From Octopus vulgaris (lineage: Eukaryota): a DNA stretch of 64,000 nt. The translations under genes and the position numbers were made by a program. The notes under the pieces are model-generated. The model had not been told where the DNA came from and ran no database searches. It saw nothing but the letters and a program-made list of their open reading frames with translations. Below, one piece after another: positions 11,430 to 23,624 of this stretch. The DNA lies in assembly GCA_951406725.2 (NCBI GenBank), contig OX597838.1:36642001-36706000 (forward strand). Direction: 5' to 3'. Each line of letters starts with the position of its first letter. Within the stretch, counting starts at the first letter, position 1.

Positions 11430-11920
11430 AAGACTCAAGAGATTGAGACTCTATTCCTTAGAGTGTAGGCGAAAATGATATGCCATAATATACATCTGGA
11501 AGATCCTAGAAGGACTTGTCCCAAACTTTGACATCGAGAGGTAGACAAATGCCAGAACTGGGTGCTACTGCATAGTGCCAAGGACTCCAAATTTGCCATC
11601 AAGATGTAGGACAAGATACTGTGATAGCCTGGGCTTCCGAGACCCACAGCTCTTAAATATCCTCCCGAAGAACCTGAGAGACCTGCATGGGGTGGATGCA
11701 GATGTCTTTAAAATAAAACTGGATCTCTTCTTGTCAGGTGTCCCAGAAGAACAAACTTCACAGCAGGAGGTGCAGATGAGGGCAGCTGCATCGAACTCTC
11801 TCATGCACCAAATGGCAATTGTTAAAGAGCATTCGTGAAGTAAAATTATGTAGCAACACCAAATGGTGGTGCCCCAGCATGGCCACAGCTCGTGAGCAGA
11901 AACTAGATAAAAAATAAAAA
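11430..11920 (+). mobile_element. 5'-truncated CR1-like LINE: ORF2 C-terminus and 3' end
   Basis: Frameshifted peptide ...IIYIWKILEGLVPNF...RTRYCDSLGFRDPQLLNILPKNLRDL...VFKIKLDLFLSGVP...; the 3' end GGTGCCCCAGCATGGCCACAGCTC matches the SINE A tail. Confidence 0.75.
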
Positions 11921-12429
11921 ATAGTAAAAAAATTAGTAAATATTTCCTGCAGACCAGTGGTGGAAGTAAATGCAATATTGGAGCCGATTTGCAGGGTTTG
12001 GACTCATTAATCACTGAAATTAAGTACTGCACAGTTTTTTACCCTCTGCATTAGTTACCCTTACAGATCTACTAATGTCACAATAAACTGTGTAATGAGC
12101 CGAAACTGCGAGGATGATCTGGTTCTTGACTGAGGATAGAAAGCTTCGAATGACCCGTCCTTGTTTTTTTGTATTGTCTATCTGGATGTTTTGTTGTCCC
12201 TTTTTGTATCACCTAGTTGTCTGGGTGTTTTGCGTTCTTGTCCCATTTTGCATTTTATATATATATATATATATGTGTATATATATATGGTGGCATGTAA
12301 AAAGCACCATTCGAGCGTGATCATTACCAGCGTCGCCTTACTTGGGTGGTGGCACGTGAAAAAACATTCGAGCGAGATGGCAAGTAAAAAACACCATATG
12401 AGCATGGCCATTGCCAGTACCACCTGACT

Positions 12430-12600
12430 GTGGCAATGACAGGCATTGTTCTCCCAGTCAGTCTCCTGCATATCACAGGCCTTTAATGAGGACTTGACAC
12501 AGTCCTTAAATCGCAGCCTTGGTTTCTGATGGGGTCTCTTTCCATTCAATATTTCCCCATATAGCATCTGCTTAAGGATCCTGCTATCTTTGATTCTAAT
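12430..12600 (-). mobile_element. RTE (BovB-like) LINE C-terminal fragment
   Basis: RIKDSRILKQMLYGEILNGKRPHQKPRLRFKDCVKSSLK is a typical RTE post-RT motif. Confidence 0.8.
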
Positions 12601-12924
12601 AATATATACATTTAGGTAGGTAGGTAGATAGGTAGATAGATAGATAGATAGTTGCCCAAGGTGCCATGGAGTGGGACTGAACCTGGGAACCATGTGGTGG
12701 GGATGCAAGTATTTTACCACACGGCCACGTCATTCTATTTTCCTCACTGAGCTAACTTGTGCCTTCCATGCTGCATTTGCTTCAGATCAAAACATTTGCT
12801 ATGCATGAACCATAGTATTGACCCAACTATCCGTTGCTGTTGAACACTGCTTGTCACAGTGCGCTTCTGACTATGTTTTGATTGCCCCATTCTTTTGCAT
12901 CTTTACCCAAATCACTTGACTGAA

Positions 12925-13080
12925 TAATTTCCTTATCACTGTGAAGGTTGTCAGAGTGGACTTCTCCAATCTGTTGAATATCGCATGTCAAGTGCACAGG
13001 TCCACCTGTTGTCTGTGAGTCTGGAGACATGTCCAACCCCATGGAGTTTGTGCTTTTGGTCGGGAGACAATTTTGACTCA
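12925..13080 (-). mobile_element. RTE LINE fragment
   Basis: Manual translation KHKLHGVGHVSRLTDNRWT...DWRSPL*QP resembles RTE WAGHVAR..DNRWT..KRP.GRP. Confidence 0.6.
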
Positions 13081-13290
13081 AATGACGGTGGTATTTTGGT
13101 ACCCGGGGAGAGTTACGGCAAATTCATGGAGGGCTTTGCAAAGAACATAAAACTGGTGAAACGGTGTTGGTTCTATGAAGGCCCACCTACCATAATGAAC
13201 TATAAGAGACTAAAAAGAAAAATTCAATCGTAATTTTTGTGAAATTCATTAATGAAAAAGGAAAAAAAAATTGTTGAAATGTAACCACTT

Positions 13291-13678
13291 GCAGGAGTGG
13301 CTGTGTGGTAAGTAGCTAGTTTACCAGCCACATGGTTCCATGGTTCCAGGTTCAGTCCCACTGCGTGGAACCTTGGGCAAGTGTCTTCTACTATAGCCTC
13401 GGGCCGACCAAAGCCTTGTGAGTGGATTTGGTAGACGGAAACTGAAAGAAGCCCGTCGTATATATGTATATATATATGTGTGCGTGTGTGTGTTTGTGTG
13501 TCTGTGTTTGTCCCCCTAGCATTGCTTGACAACCGATGCTGGTGTGTTCATGTCCCCGTTACTTAGCGGTTCGGCAAAAGAGGCCAATAGAATAAGTACT
13601 GGGCTTACAAAAAGAATAAGTCACGGGATTGAGTTGCTCGATTAAAGGCAGTGCTCCAGTCAAATGACTGTAAGAGTA
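13291..13678 (+). mobile_element. SINE family A
   Basis: Family motifs, with a small CATGGTTC duplication in the head. Confidence 0.9.
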
Positions 13679-14509
13679 AGCGTACTTGACTTCGGGGGTC
13701 GAGTGGGCATTGCGCCTCATATCTTTTCATATTTTCATTCGTTTTCTTTAAATTTTTCGTCTTGATTCATCTTCTTTTTGTATTTTAAGTTCCCTGAGTT
13801 TATATTTGTCTTCGTTGTATTGTCCCATTTTGTGTATAGCCCCTTGTGGGTAATAAAAAAAAAACCCAGCTTTTGGAATCCTGAAATCACATCATACACT
13901 CTGATCCATTCTTGAATTATCTCATTTTGAATCTGTTCTCATAATCCTTATCCAAGTGTGGATCTTTGCATGGTATTCTGCATCTCTGTAATATATATAT
14001 CTATATCATGAGTTAAGTTTGCATTTTTTTTAACTAATTAAGGATTGAAATAAAACAAAGTTTTTATAATTATATATCTGAAAGGATTACCAAAGTTCCT
14101 TTGATTTTGTGGGGAGTGGGGGCCTATTTACATAATTATATATTTTCTGATTTAAGTTTGCATGTTTCCAAAATAATTAAGGTTTGCAGTTATTCAAAAT
14201 TTCAATCGAGAGGATTAACGAAGTTCCTTGATTACATCATTAGTCCTGTTCATGCTACACGGTGCATGAAACAAATCAATCGTATAAATGCTTCCCCAAT
14301 GCTGTATAGCAAGCAATCTTGCCAATTCTAATTCTAATACCTTTGTTCGTGTCTCAGTCATTAAACCATGGTCATTCTTGGACAGCATGTAGTGGGATTG
14401 AACTCAAGATTTCATGATCAGCCCCCTTTTGAAACACTTGATTAATTTCCTCCTACCCGCCTTCACCCTCTCCAAACTAATATCACATTCAGTGATGTGA
14501 TTTTTTTTT

Positions 14510-14898
14510 TACTTGTTTCAGTCATTTGACTGCGGCCATGCTGGAGCACCGCCTTTAGTCGAGCAAATCGACCCTGGGACTTATTCTTTGTAAGCCCAGT
14601 ACTTATTCTATCGGTCTCTTTTGCCGAACAGCTAAGTAACGGGGACATAAACACACCAGCATCGGTTGTCAAGCAATGCTAGGGGGGCAAACACAGACAC
14701 ACAAACACACACACAGACATATATACATATATATGATGGGCTTCTTTCAGTTTCCGTCTACCAAATCCACTCACAAGGCATTGGTCGGCCCGAGGCTATG
14801 GCAGAAGACACTTGCCCAAGATGCCACGCAGTGGGACTGAACCCGGAACCATGTGGTTGGTAAGCAAGCTACTTACCACACAGCCACTCCTGCGCCTA
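14510..14898 (-). mobile_element. SINE family A, full length
   Basis: Family motifs in reverse complement. Confidence 0.9.
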
Positions 14899-15688
14899 TT
14901 GTTTATTTTTAGAATAACATTGTAGGGCAGGTGTGAGAGGCCAGATCTGGACGGTTTTAGAGTAAAGCAGGTAGAATATTTGGGCCATGTCTAGCTAGTT
15001 TAAACAATATGATATTACTTGGTGTTGTTTTATATAATCCATCAAGCTGGCAGGGTGTAATGTAAGGGAAATTTGGCTACTGCTTCTAGCAAATTGGGTG
15101 TTCATATAAATCAACATTTCACGAGCCCAGCACCCTTGTGAAGCACCTGATTAATTTCCACCTCCCCACCGTCACCCCCTACCAAGTAATATCACACTCT
15201 CAAATTAAAAAGTCAATTTTAATTTTCTCATAACTAATAAATTAGTTTTTAAATTGGACCACATGCAGGGACTCTACATAATGAAATTAAACTCAATAAA
15301 CCAGCTTTTGACTCAATGCATCAAAACGTAAATGTTAATTGAGCAACAGGAAAAAATATTACAGACAGCGAAATCAATTGCAATTCTGACCATAATTTCA
15401 AAGACTTCTTTGTTCCTGCCTTCTCCTTCATGACTTAATCAAAAATATGGAATTTTCCTGCTGACTGCATACCTGAAACCCACTGGTGAACTCAGGTGAT
15501 TCCTAGATTTTGGTTTGATGGTTCTGTGGTAAGAAATTTGGTTCCCAAGCAGATGGCTTTGGAGTTCAATCCAACTGCATGGCACTTTGGACAGGTGTAT
15601 TCTACTATAGCCCTAGGCTAGCCTTACAAGTGAATTTGGTAGATGAGTACTATAAGAAGCTCATTGTGTATTTGTGTGTATGTATGTG

Positions 15689-15720
<32 letters not shown>

Positions 15721-15722
<2 letters not shown>

Positions 15723-16077
15723 AGTTCAGCAAACAATTTAGATTCAAATGAATATGGTACTTAATTTAGATGCACCAGAATTTTTTTATGGTGTTACCCA
15801 TAAAAATATGCGCGGTGATTATAATCAAAAAATAATAAGCAACAAGAATGAATCCGGTAATTTAGTACAATTGTTTCATACTACAACATTTTATTAAAAG
15901 CTGTAAATATTACAGCAGATTTAAGATGCCGAGTAATCTTCAACTAATTTTATATAGGTTTTTCCAGTAATATAAAGTTCTCAAATCAATTAATAACATC
16001 TTAGGGAAGGTAAATATACTGATAAAGATGTAGATATGAATCTTAGGAACATGAAGTAGTGTAGTTAGGATGCCAAC

Positions 16078-16080
<3 letters not shown>
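15721..16080 (-). mobile_element. (TA)n-flanked element with hammerhead-like motif (15859-15950, minus strand)
   Basis: Minus strand: AATTAG-TTGAAGA-TTAC...GTAGTAT-GAAA-CAATTG-TA-CTAAATT, with a palindromic stem III. Confidence 0.55.
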
Positions 16081-16130
<50 letters not shown>

Positions 16131-16132
<2 letters not shown>

Positions 16133-16338
16133 TTCGCTTTTGGATTTGGTTTGCAAGATTCTTTATGTGAGTTCGTGTGTTGAAGCATATTCTGTTGTGT
16201 CTGGGGAGAGTCATTTTCTTTTTGTGCCTTGTAATGTAACACACTCACTGGTAAAATTTCAACTTATTTCATATTTTTATTTTCCTAAAAGTTTTGTTGC
16301 GTCTTGCAACCTTTTCAGTAGTCTTGACTATTGCAAAG
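16131..16338 (-). mobile_element. Family H2 element abutting (TA)n
   Basis: Aligns by eye with 27-326 (GTGTCTGGGGAGAGTCATT; GTTGCGTCTTGCAACCTTTTCA). Confidence 0.7.
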
Positions 16339-16386
16339 AGTACCACACAGCTACTCTTGCACCTGTATACACATATACAAATGCAT

Positions 16387-16431
<45 letters not shown>

Positions 16432-17482
16432 TACACACATAGATATATAAAATGCCTTTGTCCATCCCCTCATTTCATTATATAACTTTTATACAATGAA
16501 ATGTGCTTGTCTTAAGAAATTTTGTTTTGTGATTTGACCCCTGTATATAAAATTTTGTTGTCTGAATGAAAATGCCCCACTGACGGACAAAAGTGAACAG
16601 GAAACAGTACCGTTACTATTATTGTTTGCCATCCTTGTTATCACCATAAACATTTAACAAACAAAACCAGAAAGAAAATTGGCCTGTAATCTTTATCTCA
16701 GTCGTAACACGGTTAATTCATCACTCTTATCATGTACATCCGCTAAAAGAAAAAAACAACAACAACAACAACAACGAAATCAAACTCAGATCCTAAGCCT
16801 CACCGAAAGACAAAATAAAAAAGAAATGTTGTCGTTTATAATTTTGTGTATTATCGTAGTCCTCTCCTCGTCATCGTTATAATCATCATGTCTTAAAAGC
16901 AAATGTTCAGTAATGGTCTGATAAGACAACAATAATAATAATAATAATCATAATAATAATGATCAAAAAACATTTAAAAAAAGAGAGTGAAAGGCTAAAC
17001 AATTTTCAAAAGAGTACTAATCAAAACAACATCCAGTAGACAGGTCAGAGGTTAATTAATCTATTAATTAATTGTGGAGTTTTTCTCTTATCTTAATCTG
17101 GTTTCATATATAAAAGTTATTTATCTGTGTGTTATCCGTTTTCTATTGTTATTGTTATTGAGGTTGTGGTTATAGTTATGGTTTTTAGACCAACTTTGAT
17201 TTTTGCTGTTTAGCCCCTGTCCTGTCCAGTCCAGTCCAGTCCAGATTGAGCAGTCAGACCAGTAATAGTCATGTGTTTCTGTTGTGACCATTCCATTTAT
17301 GTGTGTGTGTGTATGTGTGTGTGTGTGTGTGTGAGAGAGATTGCATTTGAAGACGAGCTTGAAGCAGGGCTGCCACACACATGTAGGGTTTTGGGCAGCC
17401 ACCGCAAATCTTGCACCACCATCAGCAGCTGACACAAAATTCTCCAGGTGCAGCCCCATGGTCTTTCAAGACCGATGGATGC

Positions 17483-17519
<37 letters not shown>

Positions 17520-17872
17520 GCCTTTCTTTTACTGGACTCAAAACCCATGGAAAACGAACCCCTACTAACTAGTCTGCATATCAATGCTGTGTATGTCATA
17601 AGGTTTGCAAATCTAACGGAGGCCTCAAAAGACATCTTAAGATCCACAAAGATAAGAAGTAGGGACGAAGTAGCCGTGTCACGTTGTTCAGGAGATTGGG
17701 TGAGAAAGGAGTAAAGTAAATGAGAAGAAGATGAAGAAGAAGACTGAGGAAGACATGGCTAAAATTGATAAACACAGGAATGAGGATGAGAGGTGTTAAG
17801 GGTGAATGTAAAACAGAGAAGAATATTGTGGGACGTGCAAGGCTCATTCCTTAGCATGAAAAATTGACTTAA

Positions 17873-18332
17873 CCCTTTCATCACCAACCCGGCTGAAACC
17901 AGCTCTGGCTCTGAGTACAAATGTCTTGTTTCCATAAGTTTTGAATTATAATCTTCCACCAAACCTTAGTCACAATTTATGTTCCTAACACTAGCTGAAT
18001 GATAACTAAGTTATTTTACTAGATTCTTTGTTATATTTAAAGTAATTGAAGGAAACAGAGAGCATCTGAACAGAAATATGGTAACAAAAGGGTTAACAAA
18101 TGATTAATTTAACCCTTTTGTTACCAACCTGGCTGAAACCGGCTCTGGTTCTGAGTACAAATGTCTTGTTTTCATAAGTTTTGAATTATAATCTTCCACC
18201 AAACCTTAGTCACAATTTATGTTCCTAACACTAGCTTAATGATAACTAATTTATTTTACTAAATTCTTTGTTATATTTAAAGTAATCAAATGAAACACAG
18301 AGCATCTCAAAATAAATAGAGTAATGAAAGGG
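17873..18332. mobile_element. Two tandem piggyBac-type MITEs (17873-18092 and 18113-18332)
   Basis: Each is TTAA|CCCTTT...AAAGGG|TTAA, about 220 bp, and the two are highly similar. Confidence 0.85.
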
Positions 18333-18354
18333 TTAAAATTGTCAATGATGTTAT

Positions 18355-18880
18355 CTTATTCGATACATCATGGGCATTCATTGGCAGGACACAGTGATGG
18401 ACTGAGAAGCGCTGGACAGAGCTGGTTCAACAAGCATTGAGTCAATGTTGCTGAACGCTCAGTTATGCTGGACTGGCTGTATCCTCAGAATGACTGACAG
18501 CTGTGTACTCAGACAGCTGGTGTGTGGGGAGTTCATGCAGGGACCATGCAAACAAGGAAGGCCAGAACTGAAGTACAAGAAGACCCTGAAAAGCAATCTC
18601 AGATGGAGCGGCATTAGTCCACGTAAACTTGAAGCTTCTACCACAGACAGATCAGCGTGGAGTTTTCTCACCAGATGAGCAGCAGCTGTCTTTGAAAAGG
18701 ACTGGTGACAATATCTCACTCCTGCAAGAGACAGACGTCACAGGGCAGTGTCCACCTCAATCCAAGCAACAGGCTATGTGGGCACTTGTGCGCTTCCAGC
18801 TTTGGGCTGCAGACTCACATATCGTCTCATCACTGAGTACACAAACTTTGTCATTGTTGGACAACCGATGGACTACCAAC
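18355..18880 (+). mobile_element. RTE (BovB-like) LINE 3' fragment
   Basis: SIESMLLNAQLCWTGCILRMTDSCVLRQLVCGEF..GRPELKYKKTLKSNL...DRSAW, with stops. Confidence 0.85.
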
Positions 18881-19003
18881 ATTAATCAAATGTGTTTCTG
18901 TCAGGATCAACTTGCCTTTTCATATAACTTCATGTAATATATACTTATAACATAAAATTGCATTTATGTGTGTATGTATGCGTGTGTATACATACATACA
19001 CAC

Positions 19004-19034
<31 letters not shown>

Positions 19035-19044
19035 CACACATGTG

Positions 19045-19340
19045 TGTTCCCTCTGAAGCCATACATGGCTCATAAGGTCCGGTTTCCCAGTATCATTGGT
19101 GTATAAGGTTACCCACCTGGACGGGACACCGGTTCATCGCAGGGGAGCTACAAGATGCAGGAGGAAAGAGTGAGAGAAAGTTGTGGCGATAGTCAGCAGA
19201 AGTTCACCATTACCTTCTGCCGGAGCCATGTGGAGCTTAGGTGTTTCACTCATAAACACACACATCACCCAGTCTGAGATTCGAACCCGCGATCCCTCAA
19301 CCGCGAGTCCGCTGCTCTAACCACTAGGTCATGTGCCTCC
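19045..19340 (-). mobile_element. tRNA(Arg)-like SINE family D
   Basis: Minus strand GGAGGCACATGACCTAGTGGTTAGAGCAGCGGACTCGCGG...GGTTCGAATCTC (A/B boxes); a related head is at 43289. Confidence 0.8.
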
Positions 19341-19577
19341 ACATACACACACAAAAATATACATATAATCATCACCCTCATTAGCATTTAGTGTGAACTT
19401 TTCCATGCTTGCATGAGTTGGAAAGACTTTATTCCGGCAAGTTTTCCACAGCTGGGTGACATTCCTATTGCAACCCTCACCTGTTTCCAAGCAAAGCACC
19501 ACATTCTCATGGCCAGGTATGATCTTGCAGAATACTGGATATGAATGGTACTGCTTGTGTGACACACACACATGTGC

Positions 19578-19616
<39 letters not shown>

Positions 19617-19618
19617 CA

Positions 19619-20010
19619 CTCTTTACTCTTTTACTTGTTTCAGTCATTTGACTGTGGCCCTGCTGGAGCAGTGCTTTTAGTTGAGCAAATCGACCCCAGG
19701 ACATATTCTTTGTAAGCCTAGTACTTATTCTATCAGTTACTTTTGCCGAACCACTAAGTTACGGGGACATAAAAACACCAGCATTGGTTGTCAAGCGATG
19801 TTGATGGTAGCGGGGACAAACACAGGCACACACACGCACACACACACACACATATACATATATATATAGATATATACGACGGGCTTCTTTCAGTTTCCGT
19901 CTACCAAATCCAGTCACAAGGCTTTGGTCAGCCCAAGGCTATAGTAGAAGACACTTGCCCAAGGTGCCACACAGTGGAACTGAACCCGGAACCCTGCCAC
20001 TCCTGTGCCT
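19619..20010 (-). mobile_element. SINE family A
   Basis: Family motifs in reverse complement. Confidence 0.9.
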
Positions 20011-20031
20011 GAATGTATGTATATATATATG

Positions 20032-20237
20032 TGTGACCTCGTGTGTACCGTTGGCAATTTTTTTTTCCTCTGTCTTCCCTTCTCTGGATCTTTCCTTCTC
20101 CTATGTTTCCGACGGAGAGCTCTTCTCGAAACGTTAAACCCGCCTTTTTCCCTTCTTTCCTGAGCGTCCAATAATACTATATTTGTTTCACGTCCTCGCG
20201 TTGTTGTGTTTTTTTGTGCTTTCTTGTTTGGATTAAC

Positions 20238-20238
<1 letters not shown>
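20032..20238 (+). mobile_element. Family H1 element with hammerhead-like motif (20105-20139)
   Basis: Copy of 328-526; ends GGATTAACT-(TA)n. Confidence 0.75.
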
Positions 20239-20281
<43 letters not shown>

Positions 20282-21102
20282 AATATAGATGTTAAAAGGT
20301 TGAATGCAGATTCGTCCTTTAATTTGGAGTTTTCCAATAAAGATTTCTAATGTTGATTCTTCATATTTCGCTGGTAGTCTACAGGCGTAAATATGCGAAG
20401 ATATGAAGGTAATATTTATATATGAAAAATGGTGAATTTATGGAAAGAAGTCCTACAAAACTCATCAATTTAGTTAAAAATGGAGAAGACGAGTTGTAAA
20501 AATATAAAAGGAGAATTTTACCTTATGCAGATGATTGTTTTGTACCGAGATATAAAAATAATGCAGATTCACAATTAAATTGAATGAGATCAAATTAATT
20601 AAATTAATTTAATTATATATATATTATTGTGCTCTTCAGTGCAGGAAGTCTGAACAAAATCTCAATTAACTTGAGAAAGATAATAGCTGAAGAATTGAAT
20701 CTAGGAGATCCATGTTTTTATCCTTGTGAGAAATGAGATGTGAATCAAGTTGGATATTAACTATAACAATAAATAAATAAATAATATATATATGTGTGTG
20801 TGTATATATGTATGTATATATATGTGTATATGTATATATATATGTGTATATGTATATATATGTGTATATGTATATTTTTATATTTAACCCTACAGTCTCT
20901 TATGTGGTGGTTTAATAAAGTATGTGATTGAGTATTATCTGGTAATTGATACTTGATTTAGATGTATTTCTCCATTTTCTTATCTTGTATATATATATAT
21001 ATATATATATATATACTTTATTTAAAGCAGCAGAAAATTCTACCACTGGTATTTGAGTACTCTTTTTTTCCACCTTGTTTCACATTTATGTGTTTACTCC
21101 GG

Positions 21103-21136
<34 letters not shown>

Positions 21137-21569
21137 AAATAAAATATAATGTTTGCTAGATAGACCACGTGGCTGGAATGGGGAGTGCAGAATTTTACGC
21201 CTGCGCATTTTGAATTTGTTGACACTGTTTAGTTGGAGTGGTTCATCTGAAGCGACAAGTTCGCTGATAGGTAAAGTTCCTTCTTTTTAGTGTTTCCAAA
21301 TCCAAATTAAGAAATTTTGAGCTGACGAAAGAAATGCTGATTTTATTTGGCTAATCTTGAAACGTTGACGTACTCAAACGATCTATGTACTTGTGATATT
21401 TTTCTGTATTTACCCCCAAACCTTCGTGAGCTGTCTGGAGTAAACATTATCTGAGAGAAATTTTCTTTAAGTAGTAGAAATGCTAAGAAAATTTTTTTTG
21501 GCTGCTATTTCTACTAAGTTCAGTATGTGGCAAAGTAATTTATTTTACTAAGCCCTAATTATATAATGT

Positions 21570-21604
<35 letters not shown>

Positions 21605-21647
21605 ATATATATACGTACCTATATATATATATATATATATATATATA

Positions 21648-22048
21648 CGTGCAGGAGTGGCTGTGTGGTAAGCAGCTTGCTTACCAGCCACATGGTTCTG
21701 GGTTCAGTCCCACTGTGTGGTACCTTGAGCAAGTGTCTTCAACTACAGCCTCGGGCCGACCAAAGCCTTGTGAGTGGATTTGGATGACAGAAACTGAAAA
21801 AAAGCCCTTCGTATATATCTATATCTATATATATATATATCTGTGTGTGTCACTTTGTGTCTGTGTTCGTCTCCTACTAGCTCTTGACAACTGGTGTTGG
21901 TGTGTTTACATCCTCATAGCTTAGCCGTTTGACAAAAGAGACCGATAGACAAAGTAGTAGGCTTTAAAACAATATTAAGTTCTGGGGGCGATTTGTTCAA
22001 CTAAAACCCTACAAGGTGACCACAATCAAGCGACTGAAACAAGCAAAA
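21648..22048 (+). mobile_element. SINE family A, diverged
   Basis: Head and tail recognisable. Confidence 0.8.
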
Positions 22049-23624
22049 CATAAACCCAGTGCATGTGTGTGTGTGTGTTTGAGTATATACACACAGGCAC
22101 CTCATACTCCTTCCATACACATTCACATACACCCAGGCACAATTACTTCTTTTACATCCCTTTTTCCTTTCTACCATGGGTTAGATGAGTACTTCTGAAT
22201 ATAGCCAACTGATATGAAGGTCTCATGAACAGCTCTAACAGAACACTATTACAGCCTTTAAAGAATAATTTGCATGCATATGTGCACACACACACACACA
22301 GAGTTCTCTTTACACATTTCCTTTATCATGACATATTGGTAACCATTAGAGTGTGTATGTGTATGTATGTATATATATATATATATAAATAACAAGACTC
22401 AAGCTTTTTACAGATAAAAATTTCTTCGTTTTGTGCTAAATCCCTTTCTTTGTTTACGGAAATTATGTTTGCCTTTCCTGTCTGCAAACGCGCACGCGCA
22501 TACAATATGTATATGTTTATATATATATAGTATATATGTAAATATATATGTATGATATCACTCTCTCTCTCACTCTCTCTCTATATATATATATGTATAC
22601 ACACACACACACACAAGCACATATGTATGTGTGATATTATATGTAGTGTACGTCATATATAGATTGGTGATTTAGAATACATTAACTAATTCGTTTAAAT
22701 GTCATTAGTGTAACTAACAGAAACGTGTAATTAGCCAGTCCGTTTAGACTGTTTTTACTCTACACGTGTGTGTGTGCATGCACATGTGTGTGCCTATGTG
22801 TGCATGTGCATGTGTGTGTGTGTGTGTGTGTGCATATGTGTGAATGTCCACACATGCATACACATGTATATACATACACATGTATTTATATACACACACA
22901 CATAAAACTGTCTCATATGAACATACATTGACATACACACACACACACGTGCACACATACAGACATACACACTCAAATATACATACATGGGAACAAATGT
23001 GTATGTATGCATGTGTGTCATTGTTTACATGTGTGTGTATGTGTGTGTGTGTACATGTGTAAGCATCTCTCTCTCTTTATGTGTCTGTATGTATATACAT
23101 ATCTGGCTGTGTGTATATCTGCTTCTGTACTTACGCACACACACACACACACACACACACATGTTGAGTGGGTGGGGGTCTATGAGTGCATGCTTTTGTC
23201 TATGTGTGTGTCAAGCGTTTTTCTCTATATCCACACGTCTGTATGTAAATGTATGTGTGTGTGTGTGTGTGTGTGTAAAAACATTTCTTTATATACGTTC
23301 CTGTATATGTATGCATATATCTGCCCGCTTGTGTGTGTCTGTGTTTATATGCTTATGTATATGTCTCCACACCTTTGACTCTGTGTGTGTGTGTGTGTAA
23401 TGAAGTGTGGTGTGTTTGGGCAAGGGTCTGCTTTTTTTTTTGACTTTCTTCAGTTTCCTGTGTTTATCCACTTATTTTCTTTTATTGGGAAATCATTGAA
23501 GCGTGAAAGATTAAGCAACAATATACAGGTCAAAGGTTACTTAATGGACAATGAGAAGACAAACACTGCCAAATACCACCACATTCAGAACAAGAACAAG
23601 AACACTACAGAAGCAACAAACAAC

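Noticed and set aside
17297-17714. Short unique-looking ORFs on both strands
   Set aside because: They are interrupted by (TG)n, have no recognisable domain and lack convincing splice signals.
17873-18332. Outer TIRs matching each other and inner TIRs matching each other, suggesting a composite transposon
   Set aside because: Explained by CpG decay of a CCCTTTCGTTACC consensus (CG to CA in one copy, CG to TG in the other).
19270-19340. Functional tRNA gene
   Set aside because: It is a tRNA-like head continuous with a SINE body, with no proper acceptor stem or terminator.
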